Part shown: one piece after another, positions 1 through 9,229 of the stretch
Layout of the letters: every line of letters begins with the position of its first letter
How positions within the stretch are numbered: position 1 is the first letter of the stretch
Assembly (NCBI GenBank): GCA_019058445.1
Contig: JAHPZA010000010.1
Location: forward strand, 1 to 64,000
Source of the DNA: Promethearchaeota archaeon
GTDB lineage: Archaea; Asgardarchaeota; Lokiarchaeia; Sigyniarchaeales; SOKP01
Reading direction: 5' to 3'
DNA: 64,000 nucleotides
Program-made: the position numbers and the translations under genes
The notes under the pieces: model-generated
Databases searched by the model: none
What the model was told of the DNA's origin: nothing
Seen by the model: the letters and a program-made list of their open reading frames with translations, nothing else

Positions 1-146
1 TGATGATTTTTCCAATAAACTTTGAAGCTTAATACTTCTACTTTTATTTCTTAAAAATAAAAATTTAAATTGAATGAGGATACAAATTTCACAATCAAAC
101 TAATCTAAAAAAAAGTTAATTATAAAAGAATCCTTTCAAATCAGCC

Positions 147-968
147 TTAGATTATCCACTCTAACTTATAGAATAAAACAACTTTTAATTCTCCGGCAAT
201 TTCTTCTAATAATTCTTTCTCTTCATTAAGAAAAGGCTTATCTTCGAGATAATATACCTCTAAAGACAAATCCTTTTCCTTTACCATAGTCTGGTATTTT
301 AAGCTCCAAGGAGTTTGTTTAAAATTATTAGTTTTAAATTCTTTACCATTAAATAATAATCTAGCACATAATATTTCAGGGTATTGCCAACCACTGCGAA
401 TACTTTCTAGTGTACCAATCAGTATCTCGTCAATAGAAATATTAGGATTATTTAAGAGCTTAGTTATTTGAAATAAGCAATTTAATTCTTTAACTCGTTC
501 TTGTAAATTACGCTCGGTGAGTTTTTGATGAGTGATATCTCGTATGGTTTCTATTGCTCCAATAACTTTACCATTTGTATTATATAAAGGTCGAGCTTTT
601 GCCCAAATATATATCCCTCCTTTTTTTAAATATGGGACAAATGTTTCTACGGTAATAGTATCTCCATTATGGTCATATGAAATGTAGTTTTTTTCCATTT
701 CAGTTTGGGATTTGAGTGCTAAATCAATTAAAATTGGTCTTTTATCCCCATAAATGGGTTTTGAATATTCAAAACTACTCTTTCCTATTATTTCATCAGC
801 TTTAACTCCAGTTAATTCTTCAATTGCTTTATTCCATGCAACAATCTTACTATGTTTATCAATAATAAATGTTGCATCGGGCAAAAAATCTAAAATTTCA
901 GAAAAGGTATGTTTTAAAGTCTCATCAATTTCGTCTGAATTTTTAAGATCCCTTGTAGTATCGTTCAA
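147..968 (-). CDS. PAS-domain sensory protein (PAS plus partial GAF-like segment, no output domain)
   Basis: ILDFLPDATFIID..IVAWNKAIEELTG..EIIGK PAS motif; PAC motif ARPLYNTNGKVIGAIETIRDIT; LQERVKELNCLF coiled linker. Confidence 0.85.
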   Translation of the reverse strand: MNDTTRDLKNSDEIDETLKHTFSEILDFLPDATFIIDKHSKIVAWNKAIEELTGVKADEIIGKSSFEYSKPIYGDKRPILIDLALKSQTEMEKNYISYDHNGDTITVETFVPYLKKGGIYIWAKARPLYNTNGKVIGAIETIRDITHQKLTERNLQERVKELNCLFQITKLLNNPNISIDEILIGTLESIRSGWQYPEILCARLLFNGKEFKTNNFKQTPWSLKYQTMVKEKDLSLEVYYLEDKPFLNEEKELLEEIAGELKVVLFYKLEWII

Positions 969-1117
969 GCTTTTTCAATAAGGTTTTATTAGTTAAAGAT
1001 ACAATGTTTTAATTAATATAAAAATTAATTATTTTTTGAATCTTCCGTGTTTCTATAACAAACCACATTAAAATCTAAAGCAATAAAGATCACTAATTAA
1101 CGTCTTATAGGTTAAAT

Positions 1118-3124
1118 ATGTTCAAATTAAATTTAAGCCAAGGAGATTTTCCAATTATAATCAAACCAAATCTTGGACAACCAACTTTAATTAATATAAG
1201 AGATTTTACGAATGATTTGGAATCTATTATAAAGAAAGTTGTCTTTGAAGCGTATATTGTTGCTGTCCCAACTCAAAGTACTGAAGATATTTTACAATTT
1301 TTTCATTTAAATTTATATGTCCAACCAGTATTAAATGATAGGGGAGACTTCTTAAAAAGAAGGGGAAAATTATATCCATTACAAATTGTAGAAATTAATA
1401 AAATCAACAAGGTAGATTTTAGAGAAAAAGGAGTATTAAATGAAGAAGATTGTATTATATGGGATATTTTTTATTATTTTTCTCAAATTGATAATCTTTT
1501 TGGTGAAAGACGCGATTTTTATAAGGTAAAAATTCAAATTAAGGAATTTAAGCAGATTTTTAAAATATTAAAAGAAAAAGATCGTAGTTTTCTACTATTT
1601 GACATTGTACATGATATACCAAATAGAATTAAAAATAAAGTCAATTATCATGCCATAGCATTATTTTACAAAGATTGGTCTGATTTCAAATTTATCCATG
1701 CAACTGATTTTCATATCGCGAGAAGAAATGATTTTTTAGCAAAATTTTTAAAAGAAAAAGTAAAAAATAAAAGAAATCAGCATGTATTCAATCCTAAGAA
1801 ACGCTCGAAGCAAGAATACTTTATTCTAACAAGAGATTTTGAATATAGAAAAGGATTTCAAGAACATAAACTCGAAAAATTACGTTTCGCTAATTATAAT
1901 TTTAATTATAATTTAAGATTATTAATTCAATTTATTAATGAACAAGTTTCTAAGAATCAGCTAGATTTTGTATTGATGAGTGGTGATTTAGTTGATTATA
2001 TTCAAATTGCGAGAGAAACTGATCAATATAAAGAGAATTTTCATGTATTTTTTAATATTCTATTGGGAGAAAATCAAAGATCTGACAAGCAGACTGATAT
2101 TTCTGATGAGGAATATTTAAATTCCCAGGAAATATTAGCGCCTATATTTACTCTTGTTGGAAACCATGATTATCGTAAAGGACATTATAATATACGGGTA
2201 GGCTCAATTCATAAAATATTTGGATTTACTAAAAAAGATTTAAGAGGCTATCATGATCTTAAACCATTTAATCATATTCTAGCTTTACGCTCAAAAGATA
2301 AATATCTGAAAGATTATTTCAGGTATTTTAATCCAAATCTTAATTATATATTAAAAATCGGCAAGGAATTTAACTTCATTTTTCTTGAAACCGGACAAGA
2401 TTCAATTGCAGATATGCATGATTTATTAAAAGGAGCCCCTAGTACTAAGGGTTTAAAGGATTATCAAATAGATCTCTTCAGAGCATATATAAAATTATCT
2501 CACGATAAGAAAATCATAATTGTTATGCACACACCTCCAATCTCACCTAACTTCGGGGTATTAACAAGATGGAGGATCAAGAGAGAGTTCAAGTTGAAAC
2601 GCAAATTACAATGGTCTGACTTATACGAACGAAGCTTAGAAAAATATCTTGGTAATGCTCGTTTAGATCGAGTTGTAAACCTGAAATATCAAACAATCAT
2701 GTACAATTGGGCAAATTTTTTAAAAATATGCACTGGCAGTGATAAGGAAATTAGAAGAAAGGTCGATTTAATTCTTTGTGGTCATACTCATACAATCAAG
2801 GAATTTCGGTTAAAAGAAGCAAGGGAGACTGAAACTATAAGTATGGGATTTTACTTTACAAAAATACCGATTGTTGTCCCATGCGAAGTATATACATCTC
2901 GATATCGAGATGTTTTTAAGACATTTAAGAATCCTACGGATTTAAAAATTTGGTTTGATGTACATAAACCTTTTATATTCCAAACTCAAGCGATAGGGCC
3001 GATATCTTTAAAGTCAAGATTTAAGCCACCGGGTTTTAGGTATATTACTATAAAAAACAATCAGATTAAACGATTACCCCTTTATTCTTTACATTTAATA
3101 GAGAAAAATACAGAAGTATCGTAA
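1118..3124 (+). CDS. calcineurin-like metallophosphoesterase with long N-terminal extension
   Basis: Motifs DFH, GDLVD, GNHD, MH and GHTH in canonical order. Confidence 0.85.
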   Translation: MFKLNLSQGDFPIIIKPNLGQPTLINIRDFTNDLESIIKKVVFEAYIVAVPTQSTEDILQFFHLNLYVQPVLNDRGDFLKRRGKLYPLQIVEINKINKVDFREKGVLNEEDCIIWDIFYYFSQIDNLFGERRDFYKVKIQIKEFKQIFKILKEKDRSFLLFDIVHDIPNRIKNKVNYHAIALFYKDWSDFKFIHATDFHIARRNDFLAKFLKEKVKNKRNQHVFNPKKRSKQEYFILTRDFEYRKGFQEHKLEKLRFANYNFNYNLRLLIQFINEQVSKNQLDFVLMSGDLVDYIQIARETDQYKENFHVFFNILLGENQRSDKQTDISDEEYLNSQEILAPIFTLVGNHDYRKGHYNIRVGSIHKIFGFTKKDLRGYHDLKPFNHILALRSKDKYLKDYFRYFNPNLNYILKIGKEFNFIFLETGQDSIADMHDLLKGAPSTKGLKDYQIDLFRAYIKLSHDKKIIIVMHTPPISPNFGVLTRWRIKREFKLKRKLQWSDLYERSLEKYLGNARLDRVVNLKYQTIMYNWANFLKICTGSDKEIRRKVDLILCGHTHTIKEFRLKEARETETISMGFYFTKIPIVVPCEVYTSRYRDVFKTFKNPTDLKIWFDVHKPFIFQTQAIGPISLKSRFKPPGFRYITIKNNQIKRLPLYSLHLIEKNTEVS

Positions 3125-3151
3125 TAGGAGTGAGAAAAAATACAGATATTA

Positions 3152-4108
3152 TTACTTTCCTAGTAATTCAAGAGCATCTTCATAGGAAGTATCTGGCATT
3201 GGTCCAAAATATTGGACTTTTAACGCTCCAACAGCATTCGCAAATTTAGCTGCCTTTTCTAAGTCCCAACCAGCCAAAAATCCCACAATAAAAGCACCCC
3301 CAAAGGAATCCCCCGCCCCAGTAGGGTCAATTTCTTTTACTTTAAAACCGGGAACTTTAATACCATTAAAATTATTCTTAGTAAAAATAGTGCAGCCATC
3401 TTTTCCTTGTTTTAAGATTATAATTTCAGGACCCATATTTAATAAATTTTGACAAGCCTCTTCTTCACCCTTAATGCCTGCCAACATTTCCGCTTCTTCG
3501 CCACTTGGAAGTAGGATTTTTGTAGAACTTAAGACCGGTTTACATATTTTTAAGATGATTTCAAGATCAAGCATTTCAGGCCTCAAATTGGGATCGAAAG
3601 AGATAATAACCTTAGGATTTTTCTCTTTAGCAATCTTTAGTGCTTTATAACATGCTTCACGGGAGTTCTCACTAATCGATAATCCACTACCCATTATATG
3701 AAGTGATTTTATATTATTAAAATAATCTTCATTAATATCCTCTGGAGAGGTTTCACCCGCGGCCCCTGCTGCGAAAATAAATTTCCGAGATCCATCAGAA
3801 TTATATTGATTAAACGCAATACCCGTTGTTTTTCCATTCATAATTCGGATTTGAGAGGTATCCACCCCATCCTTCTTTAATTTATCAACTATACAATAGC
3901 CGAACTCGTCATCTCCAATAACTCCTATATATCCCGTTGAAAACTTAAAGGGAATTGTCATCCGGGCAGCAGAATCAATAAAAATAGCAGGCGCTCCACT
4001 TGGAAAAGGGCCCCTATAATTTGCTCCTATTGAACCGTGAGGCGTATCTATTTCAGTTCGCATAATCTCAACAAGTAATTCACCCAAACAGATAATATCT
4101 GGACACAT
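3152..4108 (-). CDS. PfkB-family carbohydrate kinase
   Basis: LGELLVE, SFDPNLRP, DPTGAGDSF anion-hole motif; likely start ATG at 4108 (MCPDIICLGE). Confidence 0.9.
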   Translation of the reverse strand: MCPDIICLGELLVEIMRTEIDTPHGSIGANYRGPFPSGAPAIFIDSAARMTIPFKFSTGYIGVIGDDEFGYCIVDKLKKDGVDTSQIRIMNGKTTGIAFNQYNSDGSRKFIFAAGAAGETSPEDINEDYFNNIKSLHIMGSGLSISENSREACYKALKIAKEKNPKVIISFDPNLRPEMLDLEIILKICKPVLSSTKILLPSGEEAEMLAGIKGEEEACQNLLNMGPEIIILKQGKDGCTIFTKNNFNGIKVPGFKVKEIDPTGAGDSFGGAFIVGFLAGWDLEKAAKFANAVGALKVQYFGPMPDTSYEDALELLGK

Positions 4109-4122
4109 AAAAATATTAGTTG

Positions 4123-4300
4123 GATATCTCAAAAAAATATATGTGAATTACTACTACCTAAAGATAGTAGCTTCCTACGAGTCCACACCTACTTTTTCAG
4201 CAGGATTGGCTGTATGTCGTAGAAAACCATCCCATTTTTGAAGGAATCGTTCCTCATCCACAGAGGGTTCATGCGAAAGGAATTCAAATTCACCCAACTC
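4123..4300 (-). ncRNA. putative TnpB omega/reRNA overlapping the tnpB 3' end, guide from the flank (about 4123-4142); 5' boundary approximate
   Basis: Inferred from the right-end hairpin plus TCAC and from known TnpB reRNA architecture; not directly observed. Confidence 0.55.
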
Positions 4301-5482
4301 TTTTAATTTCAAGAATTTAACCATAATATTTATGGCCGAATTGAGATCTCGGTCAATTTGATTCCCACATTCGCAATTAATAACTCTTTCATAAATCGCT
4401 CTCTTTGAGAGCTTTCCACACTTACAACAGGCTTTCGTCGTCTTATCCTCACCAATTCTTATTACTCTTTTACCTATTTTTTCTGCTTTATAGGTTAAGA
4501 ATTCGGCAAATCGCGACATGAAACCTGAATTGTGAATTGAATGATTAAGAGTTTTACGTGATTTAGTTTTTCTAGCGTTTCCAGTTCCTTTTTTCTTTTT
4601 TGCCATTTTCTTTACTTCTAATTTTCCAATAATAATAGTATTTGCTTTTGTATTCTCAACAATTTGTTTGGATAACCAATGTTGGTAATCTTTTAACTGA
4701 TTCGCTTGTTTTCGCTTTATTTTATTAAATTTATAGTTGTACAAATACCATTTCTTACTATTTTTCTTGCAATGATCTCGTTTGGAGTGCACTTGTTCTA
4801 ACTTTTTCTTCCAATATAGATCTGAACGTCTATGTTTGAATGTAACAAACCTACCATATATATTTACTCCTGCAGTTTGTGAGACTCCTAAATCAAATGC
4901 TTGATAAAAACCGGTATCATCATATTTTGGTTTTTCAATCTCATAAGTAATAGAAATGAACCAATGCTTAAGTGAATCTAAGAATATTTCTACTTGCTTA
5001 ATATTTTCTTTAGGAATCAGTTCTCTCGGTAATTTAAATGATAAAATTTCTCTAGAAGGGTGTTTATGAGAAAAACTGATGGTAGAATCCTCTAATTTGA
5101 ATCCAGATTGATTGAAACACAGAGTTGTAAAATATTTTTTACTCTTGAATCGTGGTAACCTTGCTTTCTTATCTCCATTATTCCATAAAGCTTTAAATGA
5201 CTTGTAATTTGCGTCAAGTTTCCGTAAGGTCATTTGAAGCACTTTAGAATACACCCACTTGTATTCGGGATACTTTTTTTTGATATTAGGCAAGTCATTT
5301 TGTTGTTTGGCGTAATTAATGTATGTTGGTTCCTCTTTTGGTTTATTCTTATTTCTTTTCCAATTTTCGATCCGTTCGGCTAACGCAAAGTTATAAAGAA
5401 GACGGCATTTTTCTGATAAATCCCACAACACTCTAATTTGTGAATCCGTTGGAAAAATGGGTAATTTCTGTGTTAGGTTCAT
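4143..5482 (-). mobile_element. IS1341-like (tnpB-only) IS200/IS605 element; right end defined, left end not identified
   Basis: Minus strand after the tnpB stop reads GAAG-CTACTATC-TTTA-GGTAGTAG-TAATTCAC, a subterminal hairpin (4151-4170) ending in TTCAC at 4143; no tnpA nearby. Confidence 0.75.
4175..5482 (-). CDS. tnpB: RNA-guided endonuclease TnpB (IS200/IS605 family), rearranged RuvC-II type
   Basis: N-terminal CRLLYNFAL, PRFK; RuvC-I FDLG; RuvC-II position reads IIIGKL; downstream GEDKTTKAC; zinc finger CCKC/CEC; RuvC-III DRDLNSAINI. Confidence 0.95.
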   Translation of the reverse strand: MNLTQKLPIFPTDSQIRVLWDLSEKCRLLYNFALAERIENWKRNKNKPKEEPTYINYAKQQNDLPNIKKKYPEYKWVYSKVLQMTLRKLDANYKSFKALWNNGDKKARLPRFKSKKYFTTLCFNQSGFKLEDSTISFSHKHPSREILSFKLPRELIPKENIKQVEIFLDSLKHWFISITYEIEKPKYDDTGFYQAFDLGVSQTAGVNIYGRFVTFKHRRSDLYWKKKLEQVHSKRDHCKKNSKKWYLYNYKFNKIKRKQANQLKDYQHWLSKQIVENTKANTIIIGKLEVKKMAKKKKGTGNARKTKSRKTLNHSIHNSGFMSRFAEFLTYKAEKIGKRVIRIGEDKTTKACCKCGKLSKRAIYERVINCECGNQIDRDLNSAINIMVKFLKLKELGEFEFLSHEPSVDEERFLQKWDGFLRHTANPAEKVGVDS

Positions 5483-5734
5483 TATAATAATTAATAAACT
5501 CTTTTAAAAGTATAAAGAAGAGAGTGAAGAAGATTAGTAAATTTTTATTTTAGACTGATTCTTAAAATAAAGTGGTTTTCCTTTCTTGGAGAATGAAGTG
5601 ATAAAGAAAGTTCACATAGACGAAATTGATATGCTCAATTAAAAAGAAAATTTTTGAAAAATTCAATGATTTAAATAATTTGTAATAAAGTAAGATCTTA
5701 ACTTAAATAGTCACAAATTGATTATGAGAAAAAA

Positions 5735-6244
5735 ATGTCAGAAAATAGAATTGAAATTGGACCCTATGACTATATGGATCATTTCATGTCAAAAGCAGCG
5801 TTAATTTGCTCTACAGATAAAGATGGAAAGCCTAATGTTATGGCTTTATTGTGGAAAACGATTTGAGAATGACTCAAATCGTCCAAAACTATTGGAGAGT
5901 TATGGATGATCCCTGTTATCACTGCTGCAGTTGCTCCAAGTCGATATACGTTTGAATGCCTAACAAAAGGTGCTAAGGAATTTACAATAAATATCCCCTC
6001 TGATAAAACTGAAAATGCTATAAATATTACTGGATCTATGTCAGGTAAAAATACAGATAAATTCAAACAAGCAAATTTGGAGATTATACCCGGTAAACGA
6101 ACGAAAGTACCAACAATTAAAGATTGTATACTAAGCTATGAATGTAAAATTATACATGAATGCGAATCAGGAAGTATGGCAAGCCATCGATTATTTATTG
6201 GAGAAATTTTAGCAGCTTATGCTTCAAATGAAATAATAAAATAA
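5735..6244 (+). CDS. flavin reductase-like (FMN-binding split barrel) protein interrupted by a 30-nt putative intron; exons 5735-5857 and 5888-6244, 159 aa after splicing
   Basis: Unspliced frame MSENRIE...DKDGKPNVMALLWKTI*E*LKSSKTIGELWMIPVITAAVAPSRYT; removing 5858-5887 gives GKPNVMALLWKTIGELWMIPVITAAVAPSRYT...FTINIP...GSMSG...YECKI...HRLFIGEI. Confidence 0.85.
5858..5887 (+). other. putative bulge-helix-bulge (BHB) mRNA intron, 30 nt
   Basis: UGGA(5852-55)/UCCA(5882-85) 4-bp central helix; AAA bulges at 5856-58 and 5886-88; 9-bp intron stem CGAUUUGAG/CUCAAAUCG with 5-nt loop; canonical cut sites restore the frame. Confidence 0.75.
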
Positions 6245-6251
6245 ATTATCT

Positions 6252-6677
6252 TTATTTTGATTTTTTTAATTCTTCACAATAGCAAGTACTAGAATTTAGT
6301 ATTACCTCACCACAGGGACTTATATCAGGGTGATTATATTTTTCACAAATTTTATTAACTATATTGCATGAAAGAAGTAAGTTGAATTTTTCGCATTCTT
6401 CGTGTGCCTCTTTTATGTTTAAACAGAGTTCTTTAACTAATAATATTTCCATTAATTTTGCGTGGCGAATTAATTCAATAGCGAGGTCAATCCCCTTTTC
6501 TGACAAAATAACAGGTTGATAGCGTTTATATATTACATAATTTCTTTTTTCCAATCTTTTAATGCATGTCCCGACTGTTGAATGTGGAAGATCTAATATT
6601 TTGGATAATTCTCCAACTTTTAACGGATTTGAAGATCTATACAATATTTTTATCATTTTATAATCTAAATCTATCAA
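6252..6677 (-). CDS. DtxR/MntR-family metal-dependent transcriptional regulator
   Basis: wHTH, IRHAKLMEILL, AHEECEKF, HPDISPCG; directly downstream of a ZIP transporter. Confidence 0.85.
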   Translation of the reverse strand: MIDLDYKMIKILYRSSNPLKVGELSKILDLPHSTVGTCIKRLEKRNYVIYKRYQPVILSEKGIDLAIELIRHAKLMEILLVKELCLNIKEAHEECEKFNLLLSCNIVNKICEKYNHPDISPCGEVILNSSTCYCEELKKSK

Positions 6678-6769
6678 TTACCTTAAACTCCATTCAAAAT
6701 TGTTATTGTCAAATAAATAGAGTAGATATAATTGAGTCATTTTTTCGGATATTCCCACAATATAGTTAA

Positions 6770-7528
6770 TCAATGAGTATGTACCCCCAATGAAATGATA
6801 AATATCATTGTTGTGATCCCTAATAGTAATAATATTAATTGCCTTAATCCATGTTTTAATCCTAATCTTTTATGAAGTTCGGGTGTTAGGTCTGATAATG
6901 CTATATATAAAAAGCTCGCAGCAGAGATTGCCAATATGTAAGGGATTATTTCAGAAAGAGTCTCAAAAATAAAATAAGAAATTATTGCAGCTGGTATAGT
7001 AGTACTACTTGATAAGGCATTATAAGCATAGGCTTTTTTTTTTGAAAAGCCACTATGAAGTAAAATCCCAAAATCTCCTGTTTCTTGAGGTACCTCGTGT
7101 GCTATAATTGCGAATCCGACTGCTAAACCGATATGAAAATCAGTTAAAAATGCTGCGGCAATAACAATTCCATCCGTAAAATTATGAAATGCATCTCCAA
7201 CGAGCACGATTGGACCCGCTGCAACTCCGTGCACGTCGCATTCTTCATCTGGACAATTTCTCCATATTATAATTTTTTCTAAAAAAAAGAAAAATAAGAT
7301 ACTACCTAATAAAAACATCATCACAATATGTGGTTCATTTCCCGCTGATTCTATTGCTTCTGGAATTAATCCTAAAAGGGCAGCAGTAAGTAAAACACCC
7401 GTTGCATAGGAAATTAATATTGTAACTAACAATTTTTGAGTCTTATCTTTAAAAAGCATAAAGGTTGCAGCAGCAGATATGGCTCCAATGCTTCCTAATA
7501 TACTAAAAAGAATAATCCATTCGAGCAT
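6770..7528 (-). CDS. ZIP-family metal transporter
   Basis: GDAFHNFTDG and HEVPQETGDF signature motifs; multiple TM segments. Confidence 0.92.
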   Translation of the reverse strand: MLEWIILFSILGSIGAISAAATFMLFKDKTQKLLVTILISYATGVLLTAALLGLIPEAIESAGNEPHIVMMFLLGSILFFFFLEKIIIWRNCPDEECDVHGVAAGPIVLVGDAFHNFTDGIVIAAAFLTDFHIGLAVGFAIIAHEVPQETGDFGILLHSGFSKKKAYAYNALSSSTTIPAAIISYFIFETLSEIIPYILAISAASFLYIALSDLTPELHKRLGLKHGLRQLILLLLGITTMIFIISLGVHTH

Positions 7529-7794
7529 AATTTCTACACTTCTTTTTAATTATGATTTGATATTTAAAATACGGGAATTTAATATATTAAAAAAAAAGAT
7601 ATTCAATTTAATAAATTTTACGCTATTACGTAATCTTTCTTAGATTATCTAAAGTCAGTAAATCTCTCAGTTTTGAAAAAATTTAAGATAACTTGGATAA
7701 TAGATGTTTAAATTCAGAAAAAAAACTGATTTTTATTAGTTAAAGCTAATATGAATCAATTAAAGATGTATAAAATTTATTCTAGATGTTAAAA

Positions 7795-8565
7795 TCATTG
7801 CATAAGTCCATTTTTATCGTAAAATTTTATGTATTTCTTAATTCTTTCAGGGTCGTTGGAATTAATTATTTCTATATTCCATTTTCTAGCATACTTTACA
7901 TACTTCTTTATTTTCCAAGAACCTAGTATAATTTTAATTCCATTTTGATGGCATATTGTTATTAAATCATCATAAACATAAGGACCATCCAAATTAATGT
8001 ATTTAATATGATATGGTCGTACTTTAATATCAAACCAAATCGGAGCTAAAAGCTTATGAAGTTTTAAAATATCGCCAAAAATCCATAACTTACCTAAATA
8101 TCCACGATAAAGAGAATATTTCAGATAAGGAGCAATCCGATAACAATCATTAATTATTACCCCCTTTTTACTCTGAATAATTACATCTTTTTCTAGCGTG
8201 TATTTTTTGATTAATTCAATGATTTTTAATTCAATTCCCTCAATTTTTATATCTATAATAAGTTTAATTTTCCCATGGAGTATTGAAAGTGCTTCATCGA
8301 GAGTCAAAAGTTTTTGCCCATCTTTATATTCAAATGTTTTTAATTGTTTAAGTGTATAATTATTAATTTTCCCCCTTTTCTTGCTTAGCATGCGAGTTAA
8401 ATTTTTATCATGAAAAACAATTGGTACATTATCTTTAGTTTTTCTTATGTCTAATTCAATATAATCAAGGTCTTCATCAATGGCTTTTAAAAAACTCTCT
8501 TTAGTATTTTCAATTGATTTATCCTTATAACCTCGATGTCCAGAAAATTTAAAACTCTGAGTCAT
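7795..8565 (-). CDS. glycerophosphodiester phosphodiesterase family protein
   Basis: GHRG, ENT, IELDIRKTKD..IVFHD; likely start ATG 8565. Confidence 0.88.
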   Translation of the reverse strand: MTQSFKFSGHRGYKDKSIENTKESFLKAIDEDLDYIELDIRKTKDNVPIVFHDKNLTRMLSKKRGKINNYTLKQLKTFEYKDGQKLLTLDEALSILHGKIKLIIDIKIEGIELKIIELIKKYTLEKDVIIQSKKGVIINDCYRIAPYLKYSLYRGYLGKLWIFGDILKLHKLLAPIWFDIKVRPYHIKYINLDGPYVYDDLITICHQNGIKIILGSWKIKKYVKYARKWNIEIINSNDPERIKKYIKFYDKNGLMQ

Positions 8566-8712
8566 TTTTAAAGAAATGTGGTTTAAAATATAGTATTCTC
8601 TAGCTAATATTGTATTACTTTTGAATAATATAATTTTAATGAATGAATGATCTAAAAATTTATAAAAAAATCTCCATAAGTACTGCAACTTTTAAATATA
8701 AAGGAAAAAACA

Positions 8713-8744
8713 AAGATAATATAAATATAAGATAATATAAATAT
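8713..8744 (+). repeat. perfect 16-bp tandem duplication AAGATAATATAAATAT x2 in a divergent promoter region
   Basis: Read directly; each unit contains a TATA-like TATAAATA. Confidence 0.7.
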
Positions 8745-8802
8745 AGTATTATTAACATATAGTTTGAAAAATTAATAATCTGCAAGGTTGTGAAACTACA
8801 AA

Positions 8803-9123
8803 ATTAAAGATAGTGACATTTGCCCTTTATGTGGGCTTCCAAAAGATTTATGTGTGTGTAGTGACTTAAGTGCAGATGAACAAGTAATAACTATTTCTAA
8901 TGATACACGAAAATGGGGAAAAGTTGTCACCCTTATAACTTTTGAAGGGAATTTTGATGCAAATTTACAAGAAATTTTAAAATCAGCTAAAAAGAAACTA
9001 GGTTCGGGGGGAGTTGTTAGAGATAATAGCGTAGAGGTAAGAGGCGATCACCGTTTTAAATTAAAGGGATTATTAGTAAATTTAGGCTATGATGAAGATA
9101 AAATTTTCATTAAAGAAGCTTGA
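8803..9123 (+). CDS. translation initiation factor aIF1 (SUI1 family), probable ATT start
   Basis: CPLCGLPKDLCVC zinc-ribbon N-terminus (from 8821), RKWGKVVTLI, VEVRGDHR; in-frame TGA at 8791 and no in-frame ATG/GTG/TTG before the first Cys. Confidence 0.88.
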   Translation: MKDSDICPLCGLPKDLCVCSDLSADEQVITISNDTRKWGKVVTLITFEGNFDANLQEILKSAKKKLGSGGVVRDNSVEVRGDHRFKLKGLLVNLGYDEDKIFIKEA

Positions 9124-9229
9124 GTGAAAAATATAAACACCACATAAAATTACTTTAAATGTACATATGCAGGTTTTCTGCGGGTTTATTTTTTAAATAA
9201 AAATTAAAAAAAATTTAAAATTTTTTTAT

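Noticed and set aside
5483-5700. Left end of the tnpB element (AATTGA-TATGC-TCAATT palindrome near 5624-5640)
   Set aside because: Short AT-rich palindrome expected by chance; cannot be assigned without an empty-site comparison
5864-5872. Selenocysteine or other readthrough of the two in-frame UGA codons
   Set aside because: Readthrough would leave a 10-residue insert duplicating KTI within a conserved strand, at non-Cys positions; UGA is a normal stop elsewhere in the window; precise BHB excision explains the sequence better
5779-6066. 95-aa minus-strand ORF and the 112-aa ORF 5906-6244 as independent genes
   Set aside because: The first is an antisense shadow; the second is the 3' part of the interrupted flavin-reductase gene
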